Shown: in pieces, positions 25,430-39,112 of the stretch
Numbering within the stretch: position 1 is the first letter of the stretch
Layout: every line of letters begins with the position of its first letter
Source of the DNA: Heterodontus francisci
Taxonomy: Eukaryota
DNA length: 64,000 nucleotides
Assembly (NCBI RefSeq): GCF_036365525.1
Contig: NC_090390.1
Coordinates: forward strand, 86,146,252-86,210,251
Reading direction: 5' to 3'
The notes under the pieces: model-generated
The model's input: only the letters and a program-made list of their open reading frames with translations
Databases searched by the model: none
What the model was told of the DNA's origin: nothing
Program-made: the position numbers and the translations under genes

Positions 25430-26470
25430 CATCTTCCAGTCGCATCTTCCCCTCCCTTCCCCTGTCAGCATTCCGAAGGGATCGTTCCCTCCGCGACACC
25501 CTGGTCCACTCCTCCATTACCCCCACCACCTCGTCCCCGTCCCAGGGCACCTTCCCCTGCAATCGCAGGAGGTGTAATACCTGCCCATTTACCTCCTCTC
25601 TCCTCACTATCCCAGGCCCCAAACACTCCTTTCAGGTGAAGCAGCGATTTACTTGTACTTCTTTCAATGTAGTTTACTGTATTCGCTGCTCACAGTGTGG
25701 TCTCCTCTACATTGGGGAGACCAAGCGCAGACTGGGTGACCGCTTTGCGGAACACCTCCGCTCAGTCCGCAAGCAGGACCCTGAGCTTCCGGTTGCTTGC
25801 CATTTCAACACTCCCCTCTGCTCTCATGCTCACATCTCTGTCCTGGGATTGCTGCAGTGTTCCAGTGAACATCAACGCAAGCTCGAGGAACAGCATCTCA
25901 TCTACCGATTAGGCACACTACAGCCTGCCGGACTGAACATTGAGTTCAATAATTTCAGAGCATGACAGCCCCCCATTTTACTTTCATTTTTAGTTATTTT
26001 TTCTTCCTTTTTTTTACATTCCTTTTTACATTTTTTACAATTTTTTTTGCATTTATTTCATTTCATCTTAGTTTGTTCAGTTTGCTTACCCACTGTTTTT
26101 TTCAGGTTGTTTTTCTTCAGGTTTGCACTTGCTGCTGTTCAATATTCAGTGTATTCACACCTAATCTGTACTAATGCTTTGTCTTTCAACACACCATCAA
26201 CATATTGTTTGCCTTTGCTCCATGACCTTTTGGTCAGCTATGTGGCCTGGTCCAATCTGCACCTTCTCCTTTGTTATCTCTTGCCCCACCCCCACCTCAC
26301 TTGTTTATAATCTGTGACTTTTCTAATATTTGTCAGTTCCGAAGAAGGGTCACTGACCCGAAACGTTAACTCTGCTTCTCTTTCCACAGATGCTGCCAGA
26401 CCTGCTGAGTGATTCCAGCATTTCTTGTTTTTGTTTCAGATTTCCAGCATCCGCAGTATTTTGCTTTTAT
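25430..26470 (+). mobile_element. 5'-truncated Penelope (Neptune-type) element with intact GIY-YIG endonuclease end and pLTR
   Basis: ORF 25636-25965 NVVYCIRCSQCGLLYIGETKRRLGDRFAEH...GLN. 12-bp TSD tcctttagtcta at 25418-25429 and 26471-26482. Confidence 0.92.
26335..26371 (+). ncRNA. Minimal hammerhead ribozyme motif (CCGAAGA core variant)
   Basis: agtt-CCGAAGA-a-gggtca.c.tgaccc-GAAA-cg-TT-aact. Palindromic AACGTT stem III. Confidence 0.7.
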
Positions 26471-28577
26471 TCCTTTAGTCTAACCTTGGTTAAGTTTCTC
26501 ATCACTCAGGGATACATCCTCTTTTCCCCAGAAAAGTCACAGCACCTGTTAAAGACATTCTGGTAAAATAAACTTTAGTCTACTACACAAGAACCTTTTT
26601 TTTTTTTCTTCCTTTTCCTCTTTTTTTTTCAATTATTATTACCCCACTTACAATTGCACGTCATCAGCAAAGAGCCCCCAGTTATATGTTACAACCGAGG
26701 CGGGAGGAGTGTACTGTTTGTTCTACTTCCACTTCTCTATAGGTCACAACATATATTCAAATTTGTTCCCACTTATCAATGCAGTTAATCAAAGACACTA
26801 TTTTTATCCCAGAATAAAACACACCAACCAGCATTCTTTAATAAACAACAAAATTATCAGTTTATTATAAAACAAGTCTTAACCCCAGTAATGAAGCAAA
26901 GCATAAACACACAGATCAAAATTTAAAAGGTCCCCTTTTACCATAGCTGCTCACTCTCACTCTCGCACACATACACATACCGAAAGAACAGAGATTTACT
27001 CTTTAGAGCTCTGGTACAAAAAAATACGTCAGCCAAAAATATTTGCTAATTCTTGAAGAAAAAAAGAGTTGTGAAAAAATGTCAGATGTCCTTGATCTTC
27101 CTAGAACAGTTCTTGTCTAGTGACGTTGAAGATCAGTTTGGGCAGACTTTCCAGGAAAAATTGCAGCAACAGGGGTTTCTTAGACTTCGTAGCTTCTCAA
27201 GAGACGGAAAACTGGCAGGCTTTTTCATAGAGCTGGAACAGACTGAGCTGGGGTTTTGCTCCCTTGATAAGTTTTCTCCAACTGTCTTTTCAAACCATTG
27301 TCCATATCCCAACTGCCTGTCCAAAACAAAACCAAAAACAATGTCACAAGAATCAAGCCTCCTGACCCCTATAAATCTTGACCTGTCACTTTTTCGTAAA
27401 CCTCTTTCCCCAAGTCACAAACAACCCCAGCTGGGTAATTATTTGAAAGCAGGTGCCTTCCAGTAACTGTTTACAATCCAGACCTCTGTGACCCTTGTTT
27501 AAAAAAAAAACATCCATGGACTCCTTTTCAGTTTTAAACCACAAATCCTCAAAATTTAACAAAAACATGGCTGTACTTGAAACAAGGATGAAGAAATTCA
27601 CTAAACTGCATAATCAGACTTTTGTTAAGTCAGCCTCCTGTATTCATGTTCACTCTGTGCTCAACAGGAATCTAAGCAGAACTTTCAGCAAAGAATAATG
27701 CACTGAGGTGCACAAATATACAGTTTGGCTTTGCTAGTTTTTGTTTAGTAACTGAGGCACTGTTGTAGTTTTGTTTCCTGCTTTTAGGCCCCATTTCTAT
27801 TTGATTTACATATTTCTAATAGAGAAGTTCTGTCGTTTTAATTGTGTAGCATTCATATAAACATTAATAAATACCAAGAATGGAAGCTGTGTATAGTGCT
27901 GGAGCATTTTTTTAACTTTAGTGTCTTCAGGTGAATTACTTTGCAGATTTAAACATCAGTGAGCCTAGCCAAGATCTTTTAAGACATTGCTTTTGATTCT
28001 ATTCTGCAACACCCCAAACTTCTTGATCTTAAGTCGCAGTCTTCATCAGTGTTTGGCTCAAGGCCCATATTTCAGGAATGCTGGAATGTGCTCCTGCAAC
28101 AAGTAATGTGCCTTGGTCTCGCAATCTCCATGATTCCATGAACAAATACTGACGTTCTGATACCTTCCCACACAAATGGACAGGGAATGGGGAAGAAGGC
28201 ACATAAATCTACTGATGGTTTCTGTTTACTGTGGAGCAATAGAAAGGGGCCATCACTGAATCCCAGCTTCAATGCAACAACAGCGTGCATTTATATAGTG
28301 CCTTTAATGCAGTAAAACATCCTAAGGAGCAACTGTCAAACAAAATTTGACACTGAGGCACATGAGATATTAGGATGGGTGACCAAAAGGTTTGTCAAAC
28401 AGGTAGGTTAGTCAGTCAAGTCACTGGAGTCTCCCAAGGACAGCACATAATGGGAGAGGTGGCCTGTAACAGATCCTGGGTATATTAAGAGTGCCCCAAT
28501 TCTCTGCAGGTTATTTGCAGTGGGTGTCCATGAGTCGAACTCATACTTATTATTATTTCTTATTTCCATCCTTTTAG

Positions 28578-28714
28578 GATCCAGAGGAGCATTTTGTGAA
28601 GTAAAACCCAGTGACCGAAGAGGTCTGGAATTCTACAGAAAGCTGGGCTTCTTGGAGTTGGCCAAAATGGAGGGATTCCCAAAAGAGATGTTGGTGCTGG
28701 GAAGGAACTTGTAA
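28578..28714 (+). CDS. OGA: O-GlcNAcase last coding exon (SRGAFCEV...[16 protein letters not shown])
   Basis: cttttag|GA acceptor completes a Gly codon. Matches the OGA C-terminus GSRGAFCEV...MEGFPKD...GRSL. Stop TAA at 28712-28714. Confidence 0.93.
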
Positions 28715-31700
28715 CGGGCGTCCTGTGCAACGTAGTGTAATTAAAGGATGTGTATAATTAAATGTATCTAAATTTAGCCTTAAGCTGAATAGCCTGTGTT
28801 TAATAATGTTTTATATTTTATCTTTTTTATTTGCAATACATAATAAGGTGAACTCGATCTAGATGGCACTTTGAGAGATGGGTGGAACTCCACTGATGCA
28901 GTAACAAAGCATTATCTTCCTCCTTTTCTGTTTTTACCCTTTTCTATCCTTCCATTCTTCCCATCTCACACAAGAAATTCTCTGCTGTTAGACTGGAAGC
29001 TGGCAAGATGGTGACTAGTTTCTCTCGCTTCTGATGCTAGTCCCTAGCTGATGGTGTGTGCTTGCTGTGCAGCCAATTAAACTACCCATTTCTCGTCATA
29101 ACATGGCTGTTTCATAACTGACCATCCATAAAGGAATAATTGGAGTCTCTGGTTTGCAGTGACAATGAGCCCAGTTCAGTTTGATTGAGTAAGGTTTTGG
29201 GACTTCAACTGGTGTCTTGGAGTAAGCATTTTGCAATTTCTGTATTTTTCTGTGAAAACTAATGGCTTTTTGGGCTTTAAATTAATACCTCTCCACTGAG
29301 TAGTTAAATAGAATTCTTCCTGGATAAAGGAAGAAACTGTAACTGTTGGAAATCTGAGATCAGAGTAGCAGTGCTGGGACTACACATCAGGTTAGTCAAC
29401 ATCTGTAAAGAGGAAAGGCAGGATAATTTGGGTGTGTGCCCTTCACTAGAACCTGATTGAGCTGTTTATCCAAACTATTTAGTGTGGTTGGAGAGCTCCT
29501 TTTTGTATGAAGGCCTCCAGATGTCTGACTTGGAAGTGGCACTGCACTGGGTTTCACCAACAAATTAGATTTATATCACGCCATTAACGTAGTAAAACGT
29601 TGCAAGATAATTGATAGCCGTCCCGCATGACTCTATCTACGTATCTCTCCCAGCCAACTGATGGGAGGAATGTAACCTCCATTTGGTCACCAAGACCTGT
29701 GTGCTAGCGAGGTCACTTAATGGTCTGCTCTTACACCTGGTCAAGCAACCTTACCTTTGCGTTAGTTAGAACCACTTCCGGAAATATATTCCTCAACAGT
29801 CTGTGACAAAACCATTATTATAGTCTGCTACACTTCCTCTTTTCAGCCATTGGCACTCTTGTTCTCTATATGCACTAAATAGTCCGTCTTAAATTGTTAC
29901 TTTTACTTATATGCTTGAGGCATTAAGTCATAGGCATCAATAATGGCATGTTTTACACATTGTCTAACGTCAGTTCATACCGCCCATCACATTGACACCA
30001 GGGGAAAACCTTGAGTACCTCCTTGAGAGAAGCTGGATAGGATAAGATCTGGAGTCTGCAGAATCCTGTTCTTTTATTCCGCAACTCAAAAGTTCTTGCA
30101 TCTGACAATTGAGGTTAGGATTTTACCCTCCCCACCTTTGGGTGAATCGGGGGCGGGGGGGGGGGGGTTGCAGGGATGGGCACAAGCATTGACAACTGAG
30201 ACAGCTACTTTATCCTTATTTATAGTTTGTAGTGTTTTCAATAGCTGGAAGTCGATGCATTTGCTTTTCTATCTGTATTATACTGATACCAGTATTCCTG
30301 CAACCAGTGTCGGTTGTAGCAATACGGTCTCTGGGGTAAGGTCAGAGATATGTGGGCTGTGCTGAGATTATCACTGCTCGCAGGGTGTCTCTGGGTCTCT
30401 ACTTACACATGACCAGTAAGAGTGCACCAAGCTGTGACTAGTCATTTGGAAACTCTAATGAGCCATTTTCGTCTGAGGGGTGGAATGAAAACATTCAATA
30501 CTGAAATTCTGAACTAGAACTAAATGTCTAGCAGATTGGATAAAGTCTGTTAGATTAATCTTTCTCTCCCAAACATCAACCTGCTGAGTATTCTAATACT
30601 GCTTTTGTTTTGCCCTATTGGCTAAAATGAGCACAGCATCTTGTTTAACATTTCCCTTACTTCAGAAGCAAAACTGAAGAATTTACTTAAGAGCCCAAAA
30701 TCTGATTAGAATGCAATCAACATTTACCACCTCGTGCCTCAACTTAATTTCAATAGGGAGGAGGGTGGAGTAAAGAAGCATGTGTGGAGGGGACTGGGTG
30801 AGGTACATAACTGGAACCTGAATTAGTGCCCTTGAGCCTTCTCAAGGGCAATTGGGGATGGGTAATAAATGCTGGCCCTAGCCAGCGACGCCCACATCCC
30901 AGGAAAGAAAAGGAACCAGTGCTAAATAATGGTTTACAGCTGCCATTTGGATTTTGAGTTCTGAAGAATCTTGCTTTTCTGTATTTGGTAGTCTAGTTTT
31001 AGTGTTGAAGTGCTTTTTTTTATTCATTCATTTGTCCATCCATAATTGCGCTTGAGAAGGTGGTGGTGAGCCGTTGCTTTGAACCACTATAGTCTGTGTG
31101 CTGTAAGTACCCCCTCAGTGCGTTTAAATTCCAGGATTTTGACCCAGTGGCAATGATAGGGATGGTGTGTGACTTGGAGGGGAACTTGTGGGTAATGGTG
31201 TTCTTCTAGGCGGTGGAGGCCACAGGTTTGGGAGGTAATGCTTGATGCAGGTTTCAAAACTCATTTGTTGTTTTGTCACCAGGTAAACTGAAATATTTTT
31301 ATACTGTGGGTACCCAGGGGTACAGTTAGATTCTACCCTCCCAAAATTGCAGTGTGACTGGTGTGAGTATTTTGAGCTGTATAATAATAGGATGGAATAC
31401 TAGTGGCTACAGTTCTACAGAGCCACATTGGGGTGCTGTGTTGCCTATCATACTATTAACTGATTATTACTGTAATATAGCAACACCAAACATGGAAGGT
31501 GACAACACTTCCTTTGTTTCTATATCTTGGCAGGAATTTAGCTGCACTTCTCCTTTTATCTTCTGCAGCCCATTTTGAACAAGCACAGACATACTGCTAA
31601 CTCTTAGCATCTGTTAACTGGTGCCCCCTCCCCAAAACTTCCGACACTCATCAGTGGAGAGAAAGCCCAGACGAGGACAGAACTGTGTACATATAAATCT

Positions 31701-33767
31701 TTTAAAAAGATCATCTTTTGTGTGTCTATTTTTTTCTTCTAAGACCTTTGAATGCAGGCTGGAAGGGCTTGTGTGCGCAAAGTTCGCTGTCCCAAAATTG
31801 GCATGCTAGTAGCTAAATATATGCTGCTGATTTTTTCTGAATCTTATCCTGATAAGTGGCTCCAACAGTTGTGCCAGTTTATTAATGTGGATAAACTAAC
31901 CCAGTCCTTTGGGGGGGGGGGTCATGTTTGAAGAGAGGGACCCTGAATGAAAATGCTCAGAGGCATAAATTAAGTGAATATGAAGACTTGTCGTATGCTG
32001 AATCTATTCTAAGTTCCTTAGCCCAAGTTCCCCTGGTTAATTGCTTCTTTTGGGATATTATGTGAGTAAAGCTCAACTCCTTCACAGTTATTTTGGTTTG
32101 GCATCATTTATGGGAGTCGGGGAGATACAGCTGCCGAAGAATCTGGTGGTTGTCTTCTGTGTGAACTGAATTTGCCGCTGCAGGTGCCATTACTACGAAT
32201 TTGGGCTGGCTTAGTTTCAATTGAGGAGCAAAGTATTTCCTCCATAATTGGATTAGTCACTGGACTGGCCATTGAAATGATTCCTGAGCATTACCTCAAA
32301 TATTACCAGAGTAGACATTACTCTTGCCCTTTTATTGTGAATATTCCTCTGGTTGAAATGGGAATAATGTGACTTATGTGAATAATAAGTTGCAGAATAG
32401 TTGACGGACTATCAGATTGGGAGGCTTTCCCTGTCTGATGGGTGCCCTTCTTAAAGTAACTTGATATTTTTGAAGCTATGATGCAATTGATGGGGAAGAG
32501 AACCATAGAAAAGTTACGTAACAGAAAGAGGCCATTCTGTCCATTGTGTCTGTGCTGGCTGAAAAATCTGGTCGCCCAATCTAATCCCACCTTCCAGCAG
32601 CTGGTTACAGCACTTCAGGTGCAGGTCCATGTACCTTTTTAAATGAGGGTTTCTGCCTCCACCACCGATCTGGGCAGTGAATTCCAGATACCCACCACCC
32701 TCTGGATTTAGAAGTTTTTCCTCATGTCTCCTCTAATTCTTCTACCAATCACCTTAATTCTGTGCCCCTGGTAATTGACCTCTCTGCTAGGGGAAGCAGG
32801 TCCTACCTGTCTACTCTATCTAGACCCCTCATAATTTTGTACATCTCAATTAAGCACCCCTCAGCCTGCTCTGTTCTAAGGAAAACAGCCCTAGCCGATC
32901 CAGTCTTTCCTCATAGCTGCAACTTTCAAGCCCAGGCAACATTCTTGTAAATCTCCTCTGTACTCTCTCTCCAGAGCAAGTATGGTGTTCCTGTAATGTG
33001 GTGACCAGAACTGTATGCAATACTCCAGCTGTGGCCTAACCAGCGTTTTATACAGTTCCAGTATTACATCCCTGCTTTTGTATTCTATACCTCGACCAAT
33101 AAAGGAAAGTGTCTTCACCACATTATCTGTCCTGCCACCTTCAGGGACTTGGTGGACATGCACTCCAAGGTCTCTCACTTCCTCTACCCCTCTCAATATC
33201 CTCCCATTTATTGTGTATTCCCTTGCTTTGTTTGCCCTTCCCAAATGCATTACCTCACACATGTCCAGATTGAATTCCATTTACCACTTTCTCCCCACTC
33301 AACCAAACCATTGATATTCTGGAGTCTACAGCTATCCTGTTCAATATCAACTACACGACCAATTTTTGTGTCATCTGCAAATTTCCCTATCATGCCACCC
33401 ACATTTAAGTCCAAATCAATATATACTACAAACCTTAAATCCATGCTGACTGTCCCTGATTAATCCATGCTTTTCTAAGTGACCGTTATCCTATCAGAAT
33501 TGATTCTAATAATCTGCCCACCACCGAGATCAGACTGACCGGCCTATAATTATTTGGCCTATACCTCGCACCCTTTTTAAACAATGGTACAATGTTTGCA
33601 GACCTCCAATCCTCTCGGACCTTGCCTGTATCTATTGAGGATTTGAAAATGATCCTCAGAGCATCTGCTATTTCCTCCCTGGCTTCCTTTAACAGCCTGG
33701 GATACAATCCAACTGCCCCTGGTGATTTATTCACTTTCAAGGATCTCAGACCCTCTAGTTCATCTTT

Positions 33768-34110
33768 TGTTTAGTTTAGAGATACAGCACTGAAACAGGC
33801 CCTTCGGCCCACCGTGTCTGTGCCGACCATCAACCAACAATTTATACTAATCCTACACGAATCCCATATTCCAATAACATCCCCACCGGTCCCTATATAT
33901 TTCCCTACCACCTACCTGTACTAGGGGCAATTTATAATGGCCAATTAACCTACCAACCTGCAAGTCTTTGGCATGTGGGAGGAAACCGGAGCACCCGGAG
34001 GAAACCCACGCAGACACAGGGAGAACTTGCAAACTCCGCACAGGCAGTACCCAGAATCGAACCCGGGTCCCAGGCGCTGTGAGGCTGCAGTGCTAACCAC
34101 TGTGCCGCCC
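33768..34110 (-). mobile_element. HE1/V-SINE-type SINE
   Basis: Head, V-domain-like body and tail as in the other copies. Confidence 0.85.
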
Positions 34111-35870
34111 ATTATGCTTATTGTATCCAATATTTCACACTCCTCTTGAGCTACAATGTCTGCATCATCCCTCTCCTTTGTGAAGACTAGGACAAAGTAT
34201 TCATTAAGAACCCTGCCCGCATCTTCTGCATCCGCGCACAAGTTACCTTGTACATCCTTGATGGGCCTAACTTTTCCTTAGTCATCCTCTTGCTCGTAAT
34301 GTACTGATAAAACATAGAACTATAGAAAAATTATGGCACAGAAGGAGGCCATTCAGCCCATCGTGTCTGTGCCGGCTGGAAAAAAACTAATCTACTCCCA
34401 CCTTTGAGCGCCTAGTCCATAGCCTTGCCGGTTACAGCACTTCAGCTGCATATCCCCAAGTACCATTCAAAGGAATTGAGGGTTTCTGCCTCCACCACTG
34501 TTCCTGGCAGTGAATTCCAGACTTTGGATTTTTCCTTGATTTTACCTGCCAATGTTTTTTCATGTCTTCTCTTTGCTTTCCTAATTTCCTTTTTTACTTC
34601 ACCCCTGCACTTTCTATACTCCTAGGCTTTCTAAAGTATTGTGTTTTTGTGACTGTCAGAAGCTTTCTTTTTCTTGCCCTGTATGCGTCTAGATAAACAC
34701 AGGGCTCTAGATTTGGCAGTGCCACCCTTTTTCTTTGTGGGGACATGTCTACACTGTACCTGTAGAATATTGATTTTGAATACCTCCCACTGGTTTGCCA
34801 CTGATCCTTCAAATAGCTTTACCCAGTCCACTATTGCTAGATCACCTCTCAGCTTTGTAAAATTTGCCTTACCCCAATTTAGAACTTTTAATCCTATTCT
34901 ATCTTTGTCCTTTTCCATAATAATGCTAAATCTAACTGTTATGGTCACTATCTCCAAAATAGCCACCCACTGCTACTTCATCCACTTGCCCAGCTTCATT
35001 TCCTAGGATGAAATCTAGAATTGTGCCCCCTCTCATTGGGCTTGTTACGTGCTGGCTAAAAAAGTTGTCTTGAATACAGTTCAAGAATTTTGTGCCCATC
35101 ACACTATCTCAGTTGATAACAGCGTAGTTGAGGAATCCCCAACTATTATTGCCCTATTGTTTTTGCACTCATAAATTTGCCTACATATTTGCTCTTCTAT
35201 CTCCCTCATTATTTGGGGGTCTATAGTACACTCCTAGTAGTATGGCTGCCCCTTTTTAAATTTCAGAGCTCAAACCATATGGCCTCATTTAATGATTAAT
35301 TTAGCATCTCATCCCTCCTCACAGCTGCAATTGATTCTTTAACCAATAATGCAACACCCATTTTTTAAAAAATTCCCCCTCCTATCCTGCCTGAAAAACA
35401 CTATACCCTGGAATGTTGAGCTGCCATTTTTGCCCCACTTTAAGCCAAGTTTCCGTTACAGCACTGATACTGTGTTGCCATGTGTCTATCTGTACCCTTA
35501 GCTCTTCGGCTTTATTTGCTATACTCTGTGCATTTAAATACCTTTTAACACTGCTAAATTCCTGTGCTGTACACCTTTTAACCTTTGCTTCTTCTGTCTT
35601 TTAGTCACTCGCTAAATTTCTGCCTCCTGTTCCCGGCTCTAAATTTGTCCTATCTGAAACTGCGTTTAGGTTCCCATTCCCTGCTAATCTAGTTAAAACT
35701 AACCCCAACTGCACTAGCAAACTTTCCTACAAGGTCCTGTTCAGGTGTAGACAGTCCAGCTTTTGCAGGTCCCACCTTTCCCAGAACTGGTGCCAATGCC
35801 CCAGAATCTGACGCCCTCCCTCCTACACCATCTCTCCAGCCATCTGGTATATTCTCCTATTTCTATACTC

Positions 35871-38800
35871 TTTTTTTTTATTCATTCATGGGATGTGGGC
35901 TTCACTGGCCAGGCCAGCATTTATTGCCCATCCCTAATTGCCCTTGAGAAGGTGGTGGTGAGCTGCCTTCTTGAACTGCTGCAATCCATGTGAGGTAGGT
36001 ACACCCACAGTGCTGTTAGGAAGGGAGTTCCAGGATTTTGACCCAGTGAAGGAACGGCAATATAGTTCCAAGTCAGATGGTGTGTGACTTGGAGGGGAAC
36101 TTGCAGGTGGTGATGTTCCCATGCATCTGCTGCTCTTGTCTTTCGAGGTGGTAGAGGTTGCGGGTGTGGAAGGTGCTGTCTAACGAGCCTTGGTGTGTTG
36201 CTGCAGTGCATCTTGGAGATGGTACACACTGCTGCTCCTGTGCAGGGAGTGAATGTTGTGGATGGTGTCGAGCCTCTTGAGTGTTGGAGCTGCACCCATC
36301 CAGGCAAGTGGAGAGTATTCCATCACACTCCTGACTTGTGCCTTGTAGCTGGTGGACAGGCTTTGGGGTGTCAGGAGGTGAGTTACTCACCGCAGGATTC
36401 CTGGCCTCTGACCTGCTCTTGTAGCCATGTTGTTTATATGGCTACTCCAGTTCAGTTTCTGGTCAATGGTAGCCCCTAGGATGTTGATAGTGGGGGATTC
36501 AGTGACGGTAATGCCGTTGAATGTCAAGAGGAGATGGTTAGATTCTCTCTTGCTGAAGATGGTATTGCCTGGCACTTGTGTGGTGCAAATGTTACTTGCC
36601 ACTTATCAGCCCAAGCCTGGATATTGTCCAGGTCTTGCTGCATTTCTACACGGACTGCTTCAGTATTTGAGGAGTCGCGAATGGTGCTGAACATTGTGCA
36701 ATCATCAGCGAACATCCCCACTTCTGACCTTATGATTGAAGGAAGGTCATCGATGAAGCAGCTGAAGATGGTTGGGCCTCGGACACTACCCTGAGGAACT
36801 CCTACAGTGATGTCCTGGAGCTCAGATGATTGACCTCCAACTAGCACAGCCATCTTCCTTTACGTTAGGTATGACTCCAACCAACAGAGTTTTCCCCTGA
36901 GTCCCATTGACCTCAGTTTTGCTCGGGCTCCTTGATGCCATACTTGGTCAATTGCTGCCGTGATGTCAAGGGCATTCACTCTCACCTCACCTCTTGAATT
37001 CAGGAGCTGAGTGGCCCTGGCGGAACCCAAACTGAGCAGGTTATTGCTAAGCAAGTGCCACTTGATGGCACTGTTGATGACACCTTCCATCGCTTTACTG
37101 ATGATTGAGAGTAGACTGATGGGGCGGTAATTGGCTGGGTTGGACTTGTCCTGCTTTTTGTGTACAGGCATACCTGGGCAATTTTCCATATTGCCGGGTA
37201 GATACCAGTGTTGTAGCTACACTGGAACAGCTTTGCTAGGGATGTTGCGAGTTCTGGAGCACAGGTCTTCAGTACTATTGCCGGAATATTGTCAGGACCC
37301 ATAGCCTTTGCAGTTTCCTGTGCCTTCAGTCGTTTCTTGATATCATGTGGAGTGGATCGAATTGGCTGAAGTCTGGCATCTGTAATGCTGGGGACTTCAG
37401 GAGGGGGCCGAGATGGATCATTAACTCAACACTTCTGGCGGAAGATTGTTGCAAATGCTTCAGTCTTATCTTTCGCACTGATGTGCTGGGCTCCCCCATC
37501 ATTGAGGATGGGGATATTTGTGGAGCCACTTCCTCCAGTTAGTTCTTTAATTATCCACCACCATTCATGGCTGGATGTGGCAGGACTGCAGGGCTTAGAT
37601 CTGATCCATTGGTTATGGGATCGCTTAGCTCTGTCTATCGTATGCTGCTTATGCAGTTTGGCATGCCCGTAGTCTTGGGTTGTCGCTTCACCAGGTTGAC
37701 ACCTCATTTTGAGGTATGCCTGGTGTTGCTCCTGGCATGCCCTCCTGCATTCTTCATTGAACCAGGGTTGGTCTCCTGGCTTGATAGTAATGGTAGAGTG
37801 TGGGATATGCCAGACCATGAGGTTACAGATTGTGGTTGAGTACAATTCTGCTGCTGCAGATGGCCCACAGCGTCTCATGGATGCCCAGTTTTGCATTGCT
37901 AGACCTGTTCGAAATCTATCCCATTTAGCACGGTGGTAGTGCCGCACAACATGATGGACAGTATCCTCAATGTGAAGGTGGGACTTGTCTCCACCAGGAC
38001 TGTGCGGTGGTCACTCCTACCAATACAATCATGGACTGAAGCATCTGCGGCAGGCAGATTGGTGAGGACGAGGTCAAGTATGTTTTTCCCTCATGTTGGT
38101 TCCCCCCACTACCTGCCACAGACCCAGTCTAGCAGCCATGTCCTTTAGTGCTTGGTCAGTAATGGTGCTACCGAGCCACTCTTGGTGATGGACATTGAAG
38201 TCCCCCACCCAGAGTACATTCTGTGCCCTTGCCACCCTCATTGCTTCCTCCAAATGGTGTTCAACATGGCGGAGTACTGACCCATCAGCTGAGGGAGGGT
38301 CGTAGGTGGTGATCAGTGGGAGGTTACCCTGCCCATGTTTGAACTGATGCCATGAGACTTCATGGGGTCCGGTGTCGATGTTGAGGACTCCCAGGGCAAC
38401 TCCCTCCCTACTGTGGGCCACTGTCCCGGCACCTCTGCTGGGTCTGTCCTGCCGGTGGGACAGGACATACCCAGGGATAGTGATTGCAGTAATAAAAACA
38501 AGAAATGCTGGAACCACTCAGCAGGTCTGGCAGCACCTGTGGAAAGAGAAGCAGAGTTAACGTTTCGGGTCAGTGACCCTTCATCGGAACACCGATTGTG
38601 ATTGCAGTGTCTGGGACATTGTCTGTAAGGTATGATTCCGTGCTCTCCCATCTTTGGCAAAAGCCCCCAGATGTTAGTAAGGACTTTGCAGGGTCGACAG
38701 GGCTGGGTTTGCCGTTGTCGTTTCCGGTGCCTAGGTCGATGCCGAGTGGTCCGTCCGGTTTCATTCCTTTTTATTGACTTCGTAGCAGTTAGATACAACT

Positions 38801-39112
38801 GAGGGGCTTGCTAGGCCATTTCAGAAGGCATGTCAGAGTCAACCACATTTCTGTGGGTCTGGAGTCAGATGTAGGCCAGACCAGGTAAGGACAGCATTAG
38901 TGCCCTAAAGGGCATTAGTGAACCAGATGGGCTTTTACAACAATCGACTGCTTTCATGGCCATCATTAGACTAGCTTTTAATTCCAGATTTATTAATTAA
39001 ATTCAAATTCCACCACCTGCTGTGATGGGATTCGAATCCATGTCTCCAGATCAACACCCTGGGTCTCTGGGTTACTAGTCCAGTGATAATACCATTCCGC
39101 CACCACTTCCCC
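35871..39112 (-). mobile_element. Near-full-length family-B (L2/CR1-group) LINE: tRNA/Meta-SINE-like 5' end, then EN-RT, 3' UTR and A tail
   Basis: VGDFNVHH (APE), NYRPISLLS, GVPQGSV, MFADDC and KAAHHHLLKGN* motifs. 38790-39112 matches the SINE at 9737-10032. Confidence 0.82.
38491..38597 (-). mobile_element. 107-bp Neptune-type hammerhead module with an 11-bp TSD
   Basis: TSD gtgattgcagt at 38480-38490 and 38598-38608. Core CCGATGA...GAAAcgTT. Confidence 0.85.

Larger units (their letters stand above)
17900..27584 (-). mobile_element. Decayed Gmr1-like Gypsy LTR retrotransposon (5' LTR ~26687-27584, PBS, gag, protease, integrase; RT and 3' LTR not seen)
   Basis: PBS-like tgggggctc (tRNA-Pro type) next to an LTR end in ...AACA. 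gag LVPEAYRQKF, a CCHC knuckle near 24280-24330, protease LKDTG and LLGNDLA, integrase AYHPKTQ and RGPLKLIKE. Confidence 0.8.
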
